In this document: in pieces, positions 47,841 through 58,072 of the stretch
Layout: each line of letters opens with the position of its first letter
How positions within the stretch are numbered: the first letter of the stretch is position 1
NCBI GenBank assembly: GCA_002793915.1
Contig: PFEF01000003.1
Coordinates: 18,854 to 82,853, forward strand
Length of the DNA: 64,000 bases
Reading direction: 5' to 3'
DNA from: Candidatus Ryanbacteria bacterium CG10_big_fil_rev_8_21_14_0_10_43_42
GTDB taxonomy: Bacteria > Patescibacteriota > Minisyncoccia > Ryanbacterales > 2-02-FULL-48-12
The notes under the pieces: model-generated
Told to the model about the DNA's origin: nothing
The model's database searches: none
What the model saw: only the letters and a program-made list of their open reading frames with translations
Made by a program: the position numbers and the translations under genes

Positions 47841-49748
47841 TTACTGCACAACTTTATATTCGGTACCGTCGACTAAGGGATCATCCCGAAGAGTTGTACT
47901 TACTTCGCCGCGGTTTTCCGCAATAGGCGTATCCGTAAATATATCATGTCCTTCAAAGCGTGCTTCCGTTATAAGCGCCGGTTGAGATCCGACATGATTT
48001 TGATTAGGAACAAGTCCTACCTGAAAGGAAACTTCGCGTGCCGGCCTTGTGAACCCGGTTCCGGCAACGAGAAATCCGACATCCCACATAATGCGTCCCG
48101 TATTGGAATTATATGTTATTTTTTCATTTGCCGGATTGACAACATTCTTCCATCGCACGTAAGCCGGCAAGCTCGATTCTACAACCCCGTTTTCGACATC
48201 GTTTGATACATTGGTAAGCGACCAGGTGATGGTATATGTCGTTTCCTCTCCTACGCGTGGGGGCATAGGTCCTCCGTTCGGAATAACACCGCTACGATGC
48301 AGTCCTTTACTGACAAAATCCACACGCGTTATAAATGAAGCGGAAAGACTATCGGTACCGGTAATATCAACTCCTTCGTATCCCTCGGGAACAAAGTTGG
48401 AATAAATACGTGCACGGGCAGAAACGGTAAAGTTTTTGTCTCGAATAGATTGAACACTTGGATTTTCAACCGTACCCACCGAAAACGTAAATGACCCTGA
48501 CTCTCCGGGATCCAAAAACTCAAGCCGCGGATCGGTGGATGCATTAACTAAAACACGCTTATTCACGCCATCATATGAACCTCCCTCCACACTTACATTT
48601 CCGTAGTTAAACTGCTCCCCCTCCAGAATAACTTCAATCAAAGCATTTTGGACACTCACCGGCAAGTTATTCCGCCACGGTACACTAAAAACAATAATAC
48701 CACCCGGCGTTATCTTCACGTTATTCTCGCCCCCCACCAACAAATCGACTGAAAGAAGTGCTTCGCGTATGTGCACATTATGTGATGCGCGGGCGTAAGT
48801 GTTCCATGCTTTTGTTTCTTCGTCAAAAATACCTATTTGTGCTTCAAAAAAATGAGAATCAAGCGGATTTCCTGTAAGAATCCCGCGCACCGTTATAGTA
48901 CCCTCCGCATCAGGTTCTAGCGCTCCTATATGCCAAATGGAGTTATCGATACCGGGCGCAGGCACAGCAGAAATCATTGAAAAATTATCGGGATAACGTA
49001 TTTCAAGCGATACATCCTCAAACGCGCTTTCCCCCGTGGAAACATAATCGATCGTAAGCTCAACTTCCTGCCCGTTATTTATCTCTTCTGGTACGGAAAT
49101 CGTGATGCCGATCGGAGACTTATTAACCATAACGAGAGCACTCGTATCTTTTCCGAAACGAGCACTTGTGTTTTCCGGACGATACTCAAGCGTAGCATCC
49201 GCCTTTACGGAAACACCTTCGTCACCAAACACAAATGCTTCAAAACGCTCCTCTCCCTCCCCACCAGGCAAGAGCCGCCCAATGGGTATGCGTTCGCGAA
49301 AGCGACCGCGGCGCGGCGCTTCTCCAAACACCGGACGTGCGCCATCCGGATATTCAAAAATAAGCTCCACGCTTTCAAGTGCCACTTCGTTGCGGTTAGC
49401 ATACCGTACTTCAAACGTAACGTGCTCACCCGCGGCAATTGTCTCGGGCGAGAGTATGGTAAGTTCAATATTGTCTGCTGATATATTCCCTTCATTATTA
49501 AGAAAAATAAACGTCGCCACACCACCAGCAAGCACAAACACAAGAAGAGTCATCATGCTCCAAAAGATTGTGCGCGTGTGACGACGCTTCTTTTGTTCTC
49601 TTCGCTCCTCTATGACGCGCGGATCACTGTCCCCTCCCCACGTACGTACTCCTCCCGAATATGCCGGACTTAAGTCCGGTTCTCCTCTTCGTTCGGGAAA
49701 TGTTTCATTTGGCTTAAATAATCGTTTTTTTAAATCATCAAGTGCCAT
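47841..49748 (-). CDS. Membrane-anchored multi-Ig-like (DUF11-like) surface protein
   Basis: Basic N-tail, one TM helix, repeated beta-sandwich patterns (WHIGALEPDAEGTITVRG, ETTYTITWSL). Confidence 0.7.
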   Translation of the reverse strand: MALDDLKKRLFKPNETFPERRGEPDLSPAYSGGVRTWGGDSDPRVIEERREQKKRRHTRTIFWSMMTLLVFVLAGGVATFIFLNNEGNISADNIELTILSPETIAAGEHVTFEVRYANRNEVALESVELIFEYPDGARPVFGEAPRRGRFRERIPIGRLLPGGEGEERFEAFVFGDEGVSVKADATLEYRPENTSARFGKDTSALVMVNKSPIGITISVPEEINNGQEVELTIDYVSTGESAFEDVSLEIRYPDNFSMISAVPAPGIDNSIWHIGALEPDAEGTITVRGILTGNPLDSHFFEAQIGIFDEETKAWNTYARASHNVHIREALLSVDLLVGGENNVKITPGGIIVFSVPWRNNLPVSVQNALIEVILEGEQFNYGNVSVEGGSYDGVNKRVLVNASTDPRLEFLDPGESGSFTFSVGTVENPSVQSIRDKNFTVSARARIYSNFVPEGYEGVDITGTDSLSASFITRVDFVSKGLHRSGVIPNGGPMPPRVGEETTYTITWSLTNVSNDVENGVVESSLPAYVRWKNVVNPANEKITYNSNTGRIMWDVGFLVAGTGFTRPAREVSFQVGLVPNQNHVGSQPALITEARFEGHDIFTDTPIAENRGEVSTTLRDDPLVDGTEYKVVQ

Positions 49749-49823
49749 GCGAAAAATTACGTTATGTTTATGTTACTACTCAATCACTATGTATAGTATA
49801 CCTTCCTTTCTTTCTTCTTTCTA

Positions 49824-50438
49824 CTACGCGTAATCTTCCGGACGCCATACTCCCGCATATGCATATATGTCGCGCAAAAATAAACGCGTAGTTATTTCTT
49901 CCTGCCTGGTAAGAACATCTGAAGAAATGAGCGTGGGAGCATTATATAATCTGTCGACTGCTTCAGTACGGTCATCAGGCATATACCCCAAAAGTGCCAC
50001 CATCTTTACCTGGAACGCATATAACAACAATGATCCCTCGCGTGTTTCGTATTTATCGCTATTTATAACCCGAAACGCTTCTTTTATAAGTTGCCATATA
50101 CGCGCGTCTTGTTCCTCATCCACCATAAGATGCATCGCGATGCGAGCTACTGCCGTTGCCGCACGAAACCGGCTCATGGTATTTCGTATAGACCCGAAAG
50201 GTGTTCGCGTTTCCGCCGAAACTAACCGGTATTGTTCACGGCCCGCAATAAACGACAATGCCACATGCGTAAATAATTCCACATGACCCCGAAGTTTTGA
50301 TTTTTCAAGTCGAATACCTTTAGCATATATGGAGAGCATTCCATATTTTTCCGTATATACACGCATACGGATATCAGCTTCGCCACGTGGATATACGGCA
50401 AGTACAAGAGCGTCCGTTTGATGTATATCATAAGACAT
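49824..50438 (-). CDS. recO: DNA repair protein RecO
   Basis: ALVL..GEAD...YTEKYG...AKGIR..KSKLRG; ALLGY. Confidence 0.88.
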   Translation of the reverse strand: MSYDIHQTDALVLAVYPRGEADIRMRVYTEKYGMLSIYAKGIRLEKSKLRGHVELFTHVALSFIAGREQYRLVSAETRTPFGSIRNTMSRFRAATAVARIAMHLMVDEEQDARIWQLIKEAFRVINSDKYETREGSLLLYAFQVKMVALLGYMPDDRTEAVDRLYNAPTLISSDVLTRQEEITTRLFLRDIYAYAGVWRPEDYA

Positions 50439-50458
50439 TTTATGAATGAGAAATTATC

Positions 50459-53400
50459 TTATTCCTTCTCAATACGCACATATACACCTTTCGTCCGCAA
50501 CTCTTGCATACCATCGGCATGCTCTGCAAATGAAACCGTATGCGCTCCCACAGCTTTCGCAATATCATCCACCCCTCTCGTTAAAGCCTCCATTTCTGCA
50601 TCCGCATACAATACGATATGTATTGCGTCATTCGGTTGCATGCCCTCCCTTTTTCGTAAATCTTGTATGTCGCGCATAACCTCACGCCAAAGTCCTTTCA
50701 TGCGAAGATTATCCGTTAACTCCGTATCCAAAACACAATCTTCCGTCATTTCGATATGTTCCGCGAGTGATTCTATATTCGTCCGCTCACGAATAATGGC
50801 TCGGAATGATTCTTCTTCCGGAAGCTCTCTTACTGTTGCCTTTGAGAGTGGCTGTCGCACTGAAATACCCGCCATGCTTCTGCTAGCAAGAATGTGCTCT
50901 ATGGCTGACCGCGTTATTTTCATTTCCTGATTTGTCTTTTCATATTTCTCTCCCGGAACAGCGGAGGGCCACTCTTCCAAGTGCACCGACTCTTTTCCGT
51001 TTTCATCTTTGATATCCTGATATATATATTCAGCCGCGAAGGGCGCGAAGGGCGCCAGTATTTTTGCAAATACAAGGAGTGCATAGTGAAAATACTCCAA
51101 AGCGCACACTCTTTCTTCCGCCCCCTCCCGAAACCTATCCCGTGAATACTGCAAATATATCGTTGAAAACATATCCACAAAATCGGCAAGGAGACGCACG
51201 GCGCGATCAAGGCGGTACTGCTCCATAGCATGCATCACGTTTTTCTCTGTTTGCATGAGATTATACACAAGATACTGATCCAGTACATGAGCATTCATAT
51301 CAAAAAGCGGCTCTTTTACGGTATGGGTCCGATACAGATTATAAAAGGAAACCATATTAACGAGACGTGCGATAACTTTTTTAGCCGTTTCGTCCACCCC
51401 TTTTTCCGAAAAATGAAGATCTTCGGCACTAACTGCCGGTGACATAAGAAAATATAAGCGAAGCGCATCGGCTCCGTACCGGGAAATCACCTCCATCGGA
51501 TCCGGATAGTTCTTGAGGCGCTTGGACATTTTCTGTCCATCCTCCGCTAAAATCGTTCCATTTACCAATACCTGTTTATATGCCGGTTTTTCGAAAAGCG
51601 CGGTTGCCAAAACGTGTAACGAATAAAACCATCCGCGTGTCTGGTCCAGTCCCTCGGCAATATAATGAGCCGGATATCCCTTATTATTCTTCGGATCGAA
51701 TATATCCGTATTTTCAAACGGATAATGTTGCTGTCCGTAAGGCATAGATCCCGATTCAAACCAACAATCAAATACTTCAGGAATACGCTTCATCACACCC
51801 CCGCACGAACACGCAAGCACAATATCATCCACGAACGGTCTATGCATATTAAGCCAACCACGCTCATCGTAGGGGAAATTCCGCACATGAAGCGGACGCA
51901 ATTCTCCCTGCTTAATATAATGCCGTCTCTCGCCAAGCCATTTATCAAGAGCGCGTTCCGGCAAAACATAATCCATAGACGCCTCAAGAACCCACAATGG
52001 ATCTCCGTGACTCACAATAAGAATACGCTTTCCCTCATGTTTTTTATCAATATCCCGTACTGCGTTTACCATACGCTCTTGCACATCATGTAAAGACTCC
52101 CCTCCCTTTGGCGCATTCGCAATACGGTTATGATGATCATTACCGAAATATGCCAGATATTCACGTACTTCCTTCCCCTCAAATTCCGTACCATGCCTTA
52201 GTTCCCTTAGACGTTCGTCATATACAATTTTTGCTCCCGTTATATGCGCTACAATTTCCGCCGTCTCGCGCGTGCGCACGAAGTCGGATGCGTAAATAAC
52301 ATCCACTCCTCCATCTTTCAGTAATTGCCGGGCTATGTTACTAATATCGTTTTTTCCTTTGTCCGTCATATGAATGGGAGCCTCGGGATCATGCGTAATT
52401 TTTACATACTTCACGTCCGAAATACCATTACCTGAGCCATCCAAATCATTACGCTCTCCGTGACGCAAAACAAAAAAAGTATTGGCTTTTGTAATACGCC
52501 TCTCTTCCAGTTCGACAAGCGAACCTACCACGTGTATGTCTTTACACTTCTCGCATCGCCATACCGGCAAGGGCGCTCCCCAATAACGACTCCGCGAAAT
52601 AGACCAGTCTGGCGCCGTTTCAAGACCTCTGCCAAACCTCCCCTCCTTTAAGTGTTCCGGTGACCATACAATATCTTTATTTGCCGCAATAAGATTTTCC
52701 CGAATGGACGGTACATTCACAAACCATGAGTTTGCGGCATAATTAAGAAGCGGTGTATCACATCTCCAGCAAAACGGATACGAGTGAGTAATTTTCTTTT
52801 TTGCAAACAATACTCCTGTATGTGCCAAGTGCTTTATAATTTCTATATCAGTTTTTTGATGATCATCTTTCGGTTTCACCGGTAAACCCGCAAAGTCCCG
52901 TATATCATCCACAAAGCTACCATCTCCCTTTACATGCTGAACGAACGGTAAATGATGTTTCTTGCCCAACTGCATATCTTCATCTCCAAATGCGGGTGCA
53001 ATGTGCACAACACCAGTACCTTCGTTGGTTGTTACAAAATCACCCGCATATATTTTCCAACCGTTTTCCCCATCCGGCAAATCTTTTTGTTTAATGTAAT
53101 AATCAAATACCGGCTTATATGCACGACCTACTAATTGTGCTCCCGGCACTTCGTCGATAATTTCATATTCCCCTTCAATAACATCTTTTATGAGATCCTT
53201 AGCAAGATAAAACACCGGATCATCATTAGCATGATCCGTCCCGTATTCCGATGTTGCCACATCGGCGCGCCTTTGTACCTTTGCGTAGATAATATCAGGA
53301 TGTACCGCAAGCGCCACATTTCCGGGCAATGTCCAGGGCGTCGTTGTCCATGCAAGCACAAAAGCGCCCTTTTCATCCGCGAGTTCAAATTGCACGGTGA

Positions 53401-54013
53401 CAGAAATATCCGTAATGTCTTTATATCCCTGACTTACTTCAAAATTTGCAAGTGTTGTTTCGCATCGCGGACAGAGATGCATCGACTTATATCCCTCATA
53501 AATAAGTTGTTTATCGTAGAGCGTTTTAAAAATCCACCATACCGATTCCGTATACGTTGGATCCATTGTCCGATAATCGTTTTCCATATCCACCCAGCGA
53601 CCAATACGAGGAATAATACGTCGCCAATCATCGGCATACCGAAGAACCGTTTCTTCGGCACGGCGGTTAAACTTAGCAATACCGTATTCTTCAATTTCCT
53701 TCTTATGCGTAAATCCTAATTCCTGTTCAATAATATTCTCGAGCGGAAGACCATGACAGTCCCATCCCCATCTTCGCGGCACATAACGTCCGCGCATGGT
53801 CTGATAACGCGGAATAACATCTTTAAGGACGCTCGCCAAAATATGCCCGTAATGCGGAAGGCCGGTAGCAAACGGCGGACCGTCATAAAATACAAATTCT
53901 TCTTTATTTTTCGTCTGTTCCAAGCTTTTCTCAAAAATCTTATGCTCACGCCAAAAAGCGAGAATTTCCTCTTCTCGCTCCGCTATCGTTTTTTTCGCCT
54001 GTTCGTCTGCCAT
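50459..54013 (-). CDS. ileS: Isoleucine--tRNA ligase (type 2) with inserted histidine-phosphatase domain
   Basis: DGPPFATGLPHYGH, WTTTPWTLP, DCWFESGSMP, KMSKR. The insert has LRHGE, SDFVRTRET, LRE, GGES and VSHGD. Confidence 0.96.
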   Translation of the reverse strand: MADEQAKKTIAEREEEILAFWREHKIFEKSLEQTKNKEEFVFYDGPPFATGLPHYGHILASVLKDVIPRYQTMRGRYVPRRWGWDCHGLPLENIIEQELGFTHKKEIEEYGIAKFNRRAEETVLRYADDWRRIIPRIGRWVDMENDYRTMDPTYTESVWWIFKTLYDKQLIYEGYKSMHLCPRCETTLANFEVSQGYKDITDISVTVQFELADEKGAFVLAWTTTPWTLPGNVALAVHPDIIYAKVQRRADVATSEYGTDHANDDPVFYLAKDLIKDVIEGEYEIIDEVPGAQLVGRAYKPVFDYYIKQKDLPDGENGWKIYAGDFVTTNEGTGVVHIAPAFGDEDMQLGKKHHLPFVQHVKGDGSFVDDIRDFAGLPVKPKDDHQKTDIEIIKHLAHTGVLFAKKKITHSYPFCWRCDTPLLNYAANSWFVNVPSIRENLIAANKDIVWSPEHLKEGRFGRGLETAPDWSISRSRYWGAPLPVWRCEKCKDIHVVGSLVELEERRITKANTFFVLRHGERNDLDGSGNGISDVKYVKITHDPEAPIHMTDKGKNDISNIARQLLKDGGVDVIYASDFVRTRETAEIVAHITGAKIVYDERLRELRHGTEFEGKEVREYLAYFGNDHHNRIANAPKGGESLHDVQERMVNAVRDIDKKHEGKRILIVSHGDPLWVLEASMDYVLPERALDKWLGERRHYIKQGELRPLHVRNFPYDERGWLNMHRPFVDDIVLACSCGGVMKRIPEVFDCWFESGSMPYGQQHYPFENTDIFDPKNNKGYPAHYIAEGLDQTRGWFYSLHVLATALFEKPAYKQVLVNGTILAEDGQKMSKRLKNYPDPMEVISRYGADALRLYFLMSPAVSAEDLHFSEKGVDETAKKVIARLVNMVSFYNLYRTHTVKEPLFDMNAHVLDQYLVYNLMQTEKNVMHAMEQYRLDRAVRLLADFVDMFSTIYLQYSRDRFREGAEERVCALEYFHYALLVFAKILAPFAPFAAEYIYQDIKDENGKESVHLEEWPSAVPGEKYEKTNQEMKITRSAIEHILASRSMAGISVRQPLSKATVRELPEEESFRAIIRERTNIESLAEHIEMTEDCVLDTELTDNLRMKGLWREVMRDIQDLRKREGMQPNDAIHIVLYADAEMEALTRGVDDIAKAVGAHTVSFAEHADGMQELRTKGVYVRIEKE

Positions 54014-54125
54014 ATACGCCCTATACTACGGGAAATATCGTATTTATTAAACTTGACAATATAATAATATAATACCACGGTATATTCGGTAAAATATTCA
54101 GTAACCTCCCGAAATACCGTTACCG

Positions 54126-54171
54126 TAAAAAACACCAGGTAAAAAACCGTGTTTTTACCTGGTGTTTTTTA
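54126..54171. terminator. Perfect 20-bp inverted repeat (bidirectional terminator) between argS and ileS
   Basis: TAAAAAACACCAGGTAAAAA-accgtg-TTTTTACCTGGTGTTTTTTA. Confidence 0.75.
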
Positions 54172-54213
54172 TTTCTCACAATATACAAAGATCCTCAAAT
54201 TGAACAACTTTTA

Positions 54214-55938
54214 TTACATTTCTTCAGGGGCATCTATTCCTAAAAGATATAATCCTTTTTTAAGAGTAGTTGCCGCCGCATCCACCAATGCCAAACGAAA
54301 CTGCCTGATCTCTTCATGTTCTTCCGTCAGAACAGGACATGCATGATAAAAATCATTTGTAGTCTTAGCAAGCACAAATACATATCCGGCAATGATGTGT
54401 GGTGCGTAATCGGCGAGCGCATCCGTAATCGCCTCCGGGAAACGTAAAATCCGCACCACGAGCGCACGTTCTTTTTCTTCCATCTTTACCGTGTTCGGAA
54501 GTGAGATTTTCGAAGATTTTGCTTTGCGTAAGATGCTTTTTAACCGCGCATGCGTGTACTGAATATATGGTCCGGTATCTCCATCGAATGATAGAGCGTT
54601 ATCCCATGTAAATACGATATCGGATTTTCTGTTATGCGAAAGATCAAAATACTTTATTGCTCCTATACCCACCTGATGCGCAATCGTATCGGCCTGCGAA
54701 AGATCCGGATTTTTTTCATCAATAATGGCGCGCGCCCGATCATACGCCTCGTCAAACAGTGCATCCAGCGCAATAACCGTTCCCTTTCGCGTACTCATAG
54801 ATCCTTCCGGAAGGCGCATCTCGCCGTAAGAAACATGCTCTGAAACCCCCGCGTCATTATATCCCAACAAATCCGCCACCCGAAACACCTGCCGAAAATG
54901 ATATTCCTGACGCACATCCACTACATATATATTTTTCCAAAAACGCCATTGTTTCTTCCTATATGCAATAGTGGCAAGATCACGCAATAAATAAGTGGAT
55001 GCGCCATCCGACTTACGAAGTACCGCTTCTCCCAACCGTTCCCCTGTAAGATCAACCAAAACAGCCCCTTCCACATTTTTTGCAACACCTTTCGTAATTG
55101 CTTCATCAACAATCCGCGCCATATCATTTTCATATGCCGACTCTCCCTTATGCTCATCAAAGGGAAGAAGATCTAATCGATGCGCCCCCTCCTCCAGTTT
55201 TTTCATGGAAACGGCTACCATCCATTGCCAAATGTCCCTGTTTTCCTTATCCCCTCTTTCCAGCTTCGCAAATTCCGCTTTCGCGCGTTCCCGCCGTTCG
55301 GGCTCCTCTTCTATTTTTTTATTCTCTTTTTTGTATATATCCTCAAGAAATGCGAACGGATCTTCCGCAATGCGCGGCTTTATATCATCCGTTATATTCT
55401 CTTTATATGCAAGGAGCAATATACCAAATTGCGTTCCCCAATCTCCCACATGCGTATCCGACACCGCATGATATCCCCCTGCGGCAAACATGCGCTTCAA
55501 CGCATCGCCAATAATACCGGTACGCATGTGTCCTATATGTGGGCGCTTTGCGATATTAAGCTGAAAATATTCAACGACAACTGTTTTTCCAGCTCCCGCC
55601 GTACTGGTACCCCATGTTTCTTTTTTCTCCAAAACACCCTCCGCAAGCTCTCGCATTAAGAAAGCATCCGCAAGAAAGAAATTTACAAATCCCGGAGCCG
55701 CCGCCTCTGCACACCACATATCATTTGTCAGTTTGCTCGCAAGCTCATTTGCAATATCCATCGGACTTTTTCTCAAGGAATCCGCAAGAAGAAGTGCTAC
55801 ATTTGTGGCATAATTTCCGTGAGACACATCGTCCGGCTCCGACACAGAAAAAACCGGCATATCTCTTTCCGGCGCATCTACTATCATGGTGTGTACGGCC
55901 TCTTCAAGACATGCCCGAATTTGATCGCGTATCGTCAT
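54214..55938 (-). CDS. argS: Arginine--tRNA ligase
   Basis: PHIGH, GDWGTQFG, MSTRKG, YIQYTHAR, LGIDAPEEM. Confidence 0.97.
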   Translation of the reverse strand: MTIRDQIRACLEEAVHTMIVDAPERDMPVFSVSEPDDVSHGNYATNVALLLADSLRKSPMDIANELASKLTNDMWCAEAAAPGFVNFFLADAFLMRELAEGVLEKKETWGTSTAGAGKTVVVEYFQLNIAKRPHIGHMRTGIIGDALKRMFAAGGYHAVSDTHVGDWGTQFGILLLAYKENITDDIKPRIAEDPFAFLEDIYKKENKKIEEEPERRERAKAEFAKLERGDKENRDIWQWMVAVSMKKLEEGAHRLDLLPFDEHKGESAYENDMARIVDEAITKGVAKNVEGAVLVDLTGERLGEAVLRKSDGASTYLLRDLATIAYRKKQWRFWKNIYVVDVRQEYHFRQVFRVADLLGYNDAGVSEHVSYGEMRLPEGSMSTRKGTVIALDALFDEAYDRARAIIDEKNPDLSQADTIAHQVGIGAIKYFDLSHNRKSDIVFTWDNALSFDGDTGPYIQYTHARLKSILRKAKSSKISLPNTVKMEEKERALVVRILRFPEAITDALADYAPHIIAGYVFVLAKTTNDFYHACPVLTEEHEEIRQFRLALVDAAATTLKKGLYLLGIDAPEEM

Positions 55939-55985
55939 ACCTCCACTTTAGCGAAGAACGGTAAAAAGTGAAAGCGCGAGAAACA

Positions 55986-57500
55986 TCACCGTTCCTCACC
56001 GCGCACTACGTCCATCGCCGTAAGACCACCTTCATCTTCGCAAACAACGACTGCATCTTTCTCTTTTGTGCCGGAAGATGAATCAGATATAACCACTTCC
56101 TCCACCCATGCATGCGTACCAAGATCCGCCCCTTCATTAAGAGAGCACCTATCAGCATTAAGTGCGGTGTATAATGTAAAAAATGTACAAAGACCGTTCT
56201 CACGGCATGCTATAGTTCCCGTTGTATCCGAAAATACCTGCGTTGTACGCACAAAAGACGTGCATCCCGCACAAGGAGCGGGTACGGACAGCACGGATCC
56301 ACCCGATACCGCCGTTTTAATATCCACCCGTGGCACCCCTGATCCGCCAAGGCGTTCAATAATATAATACCCGCGTCTTTGTAAATTTTCTCGATCCGGC
56401 TCAAGTACAACACCTGCCAAGTCCAGCGTTACCGCAATCTGCTCACTTACACCGGTAAGAGAAGCTGATTCATCCGCACATCGTATAGTGTAAACGGTGG
56501 GTACCGCATCAAGTGCTACCAATTCCCGTGCCGTATCCGAAGTTGTGTATACTTCTCTCATAGGAAGCAGTACATGTGCATGTCCGGAACCCGGCAAAGC
56601 GGAAAATACAAATGTCGTATCATTGAACGGTCGATAGGGAACGGGTATAAAATCGGGTGGAGGATTTTTTACTAAATTTGGTTCCGAAAGCCATGTATAT
56701 TCATCCTCAAAAGCCGAACGTGCGGTTAACAAGCACGAATCGGCAGACGATCGCCACTCGAGAGATGCAACCATTCCCGTAAACGAACTGCGACTCACTG
56801 TGCGCGTAAGGGTAAACGGCTCCCCCACATCATATGTGCGGATAATATGCTTTTGATCTGATGGTCCTCTATAAAGAAGCTTGGAAACAACGCGACCGGT
56901 TCGTATAGGCAAAGGTGCATCGCGCCCGTCCGGATCCATTCCGAACTCAAGCGGATGAGCGCGTTCATCCGTACGGTTATCCAATCCAAATGATTGGAGT
57001 ATGTAATTATTTCCCGTACATGATGTGTCCGTGCACCCGCATTTCCACTCTCCGCCAAACCAACTACATGCGTACACCGCCAGATAATTAACACCTTCCC
57101 TTATCATGTCTGCCGGAATGTCCCCCGCGGCGCGTCCTGTGATCCATTCCGAATCCTTATCGTCTTTTTCACCGGTAAGCGTAATTTCTTCCCATTCTTT
57201 CACATTCTCTTCATCTACTGATGCACGTTCCGTTAATATAAATGCCTTCTCCCACACGGCAACAGGCGTAGTGCTTTCACCCGCAATTATCACCTCTACC
57301 GTTTGGTCCGTATTACATAAAATGGTAATTAAAAGCTCCTGCACCTGTGAAAACATATGCACCACCGGCGCAAAATCTTCTTCCGTATCAAGGAAAGATG
57401 TTTTATGGTGGCAAGCCGCCGAAGATTGTGCGTTCGTAAAAGCGCCCCCCCATCCCATTACTACGCTCACCGCAAAAGCAAAAAAGAGCATATACTTCAT
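55986..57500 (-). CDS. Secreted Cys-rich hypothetical protein
   Basis: Signal peptide from ATG 57500 and the motif ACSWFGGEWKCGCTDTSC...LQSF. Confidence 0.7.
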   Translation of the reverse strand: MKYMLFFAFAVSVVMGWGGAFTNAQSSAACHHKTSFLDTEEDFAPVVHMFSQVQELLITILCNTDQTVEVIIAGESTTPVAVWEKAFILTERASVDEENVKEWEEITLTGEKDDKDSEWITGRAAGDIPADMIREGVNYLAVYACSWFGGEWKCGCTDTSCTGNNYILQSFGLDNRTDERAHPLEFGMDPDGRDAPLPIRTGRVVSKLLYRGPSDQKHIIRTYDVGEPFTLTRTVSRSSFTGMVASLEWRSSADSCLLTARSAFEDEYTWLSEPNLVKNPPPDFIPVPYRPFNDTTFVFSALPGSGHAHVLLPMREVYTTSDTARELVALDAVPTVYTIRCADESASLTGVSEQIAVTLDLAGVVLEPDRENLQRRGYYIIERLGGSGVPRVDIKTAVSGGSVLSVPAPCAGCTSFVRTTQVFSDTTGTIACRENGLCTFFTLYTALNADRCSLNEGADLGTHAWVEEVVISDSSSGTKEKDAVVVCEDEGGLTAMDVVRGEER

Positions 57501-57592
57501 GTATATAGTATACGGTACGATCAAAAAATAATCACCTAATAAAATAACATACTCTATTTTATATTTGTCAATATTATGATATACTGTTTCGT

Positions 57593-58072
57593 ATGATTAC
57601 TCTTGCTGTAAATCGGAGAGCGCGATTCGACTTTGATATCCTGGAAACATTCGAAGCGGGATTGTCTTTGCATGGATATGAAGTAAAGTCTGTAAAAATG
57701 GGGCGTGCGAGTATTGGAGGAGCGCATGCCATTATTCGCGGCGAAGAAGCCTATATTATAGGCATGCAAATACCGCCCTACCAGCCGGATAATACCCCTG
57801 ATACATACGATCCGTCTCGTACGAAGAAGCTTATTCTAAAAAAAGCGGAAATTCGTTCTCTTATAGGAAAAATTATCCAAAAAGGCTTGACTTTAACCCC
57901 CATTCGAGTGTATACTAAGCGTGGTCTTGTAAAGATGGAGCTCGGTCTTGCACGCGGAAAAAAGAAAGAAGATAAACGCCAAAAAATCAAAGAACGAGAT
58001 GCGAAACGCAAAATTGAGCGGACTCTTAAAACAAGAATGCAGATAACAGGGGGACGTCGGGATTCGACGTAG
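57593..58072 (+). CDS. smpB: SsrA-binding protein SmpB
   Basis: NRRARFDF...EAGLSL.G.EVKS, RTKKLIL, ARGKKKEDKR. Stop codon lies inside ssrA. Confidence 0.97.
   Translation: MITLAVNRRARFDFDILETFEAGLSLHGYEVKSVKMGRASIGGAHAIIRGEEAYIIGMQIPPYQPDNTPDTYDPSRTKKLILKKAEIRSLIGKIIQKGLTLTPIRVYTKRGLVKMELGLARGKKKEDKRQKIKERDAKRKIERTLKTRMQITGGRRDST

Noticed and set aside
54014..54213. T-box riboswitch or sRNA upstream of ileS
   Set aside because: No T-box consensus was seen, the long palindrome is explained as the argS terminator, and the TTGACA at 54053 lacks a correctly spaced -10.
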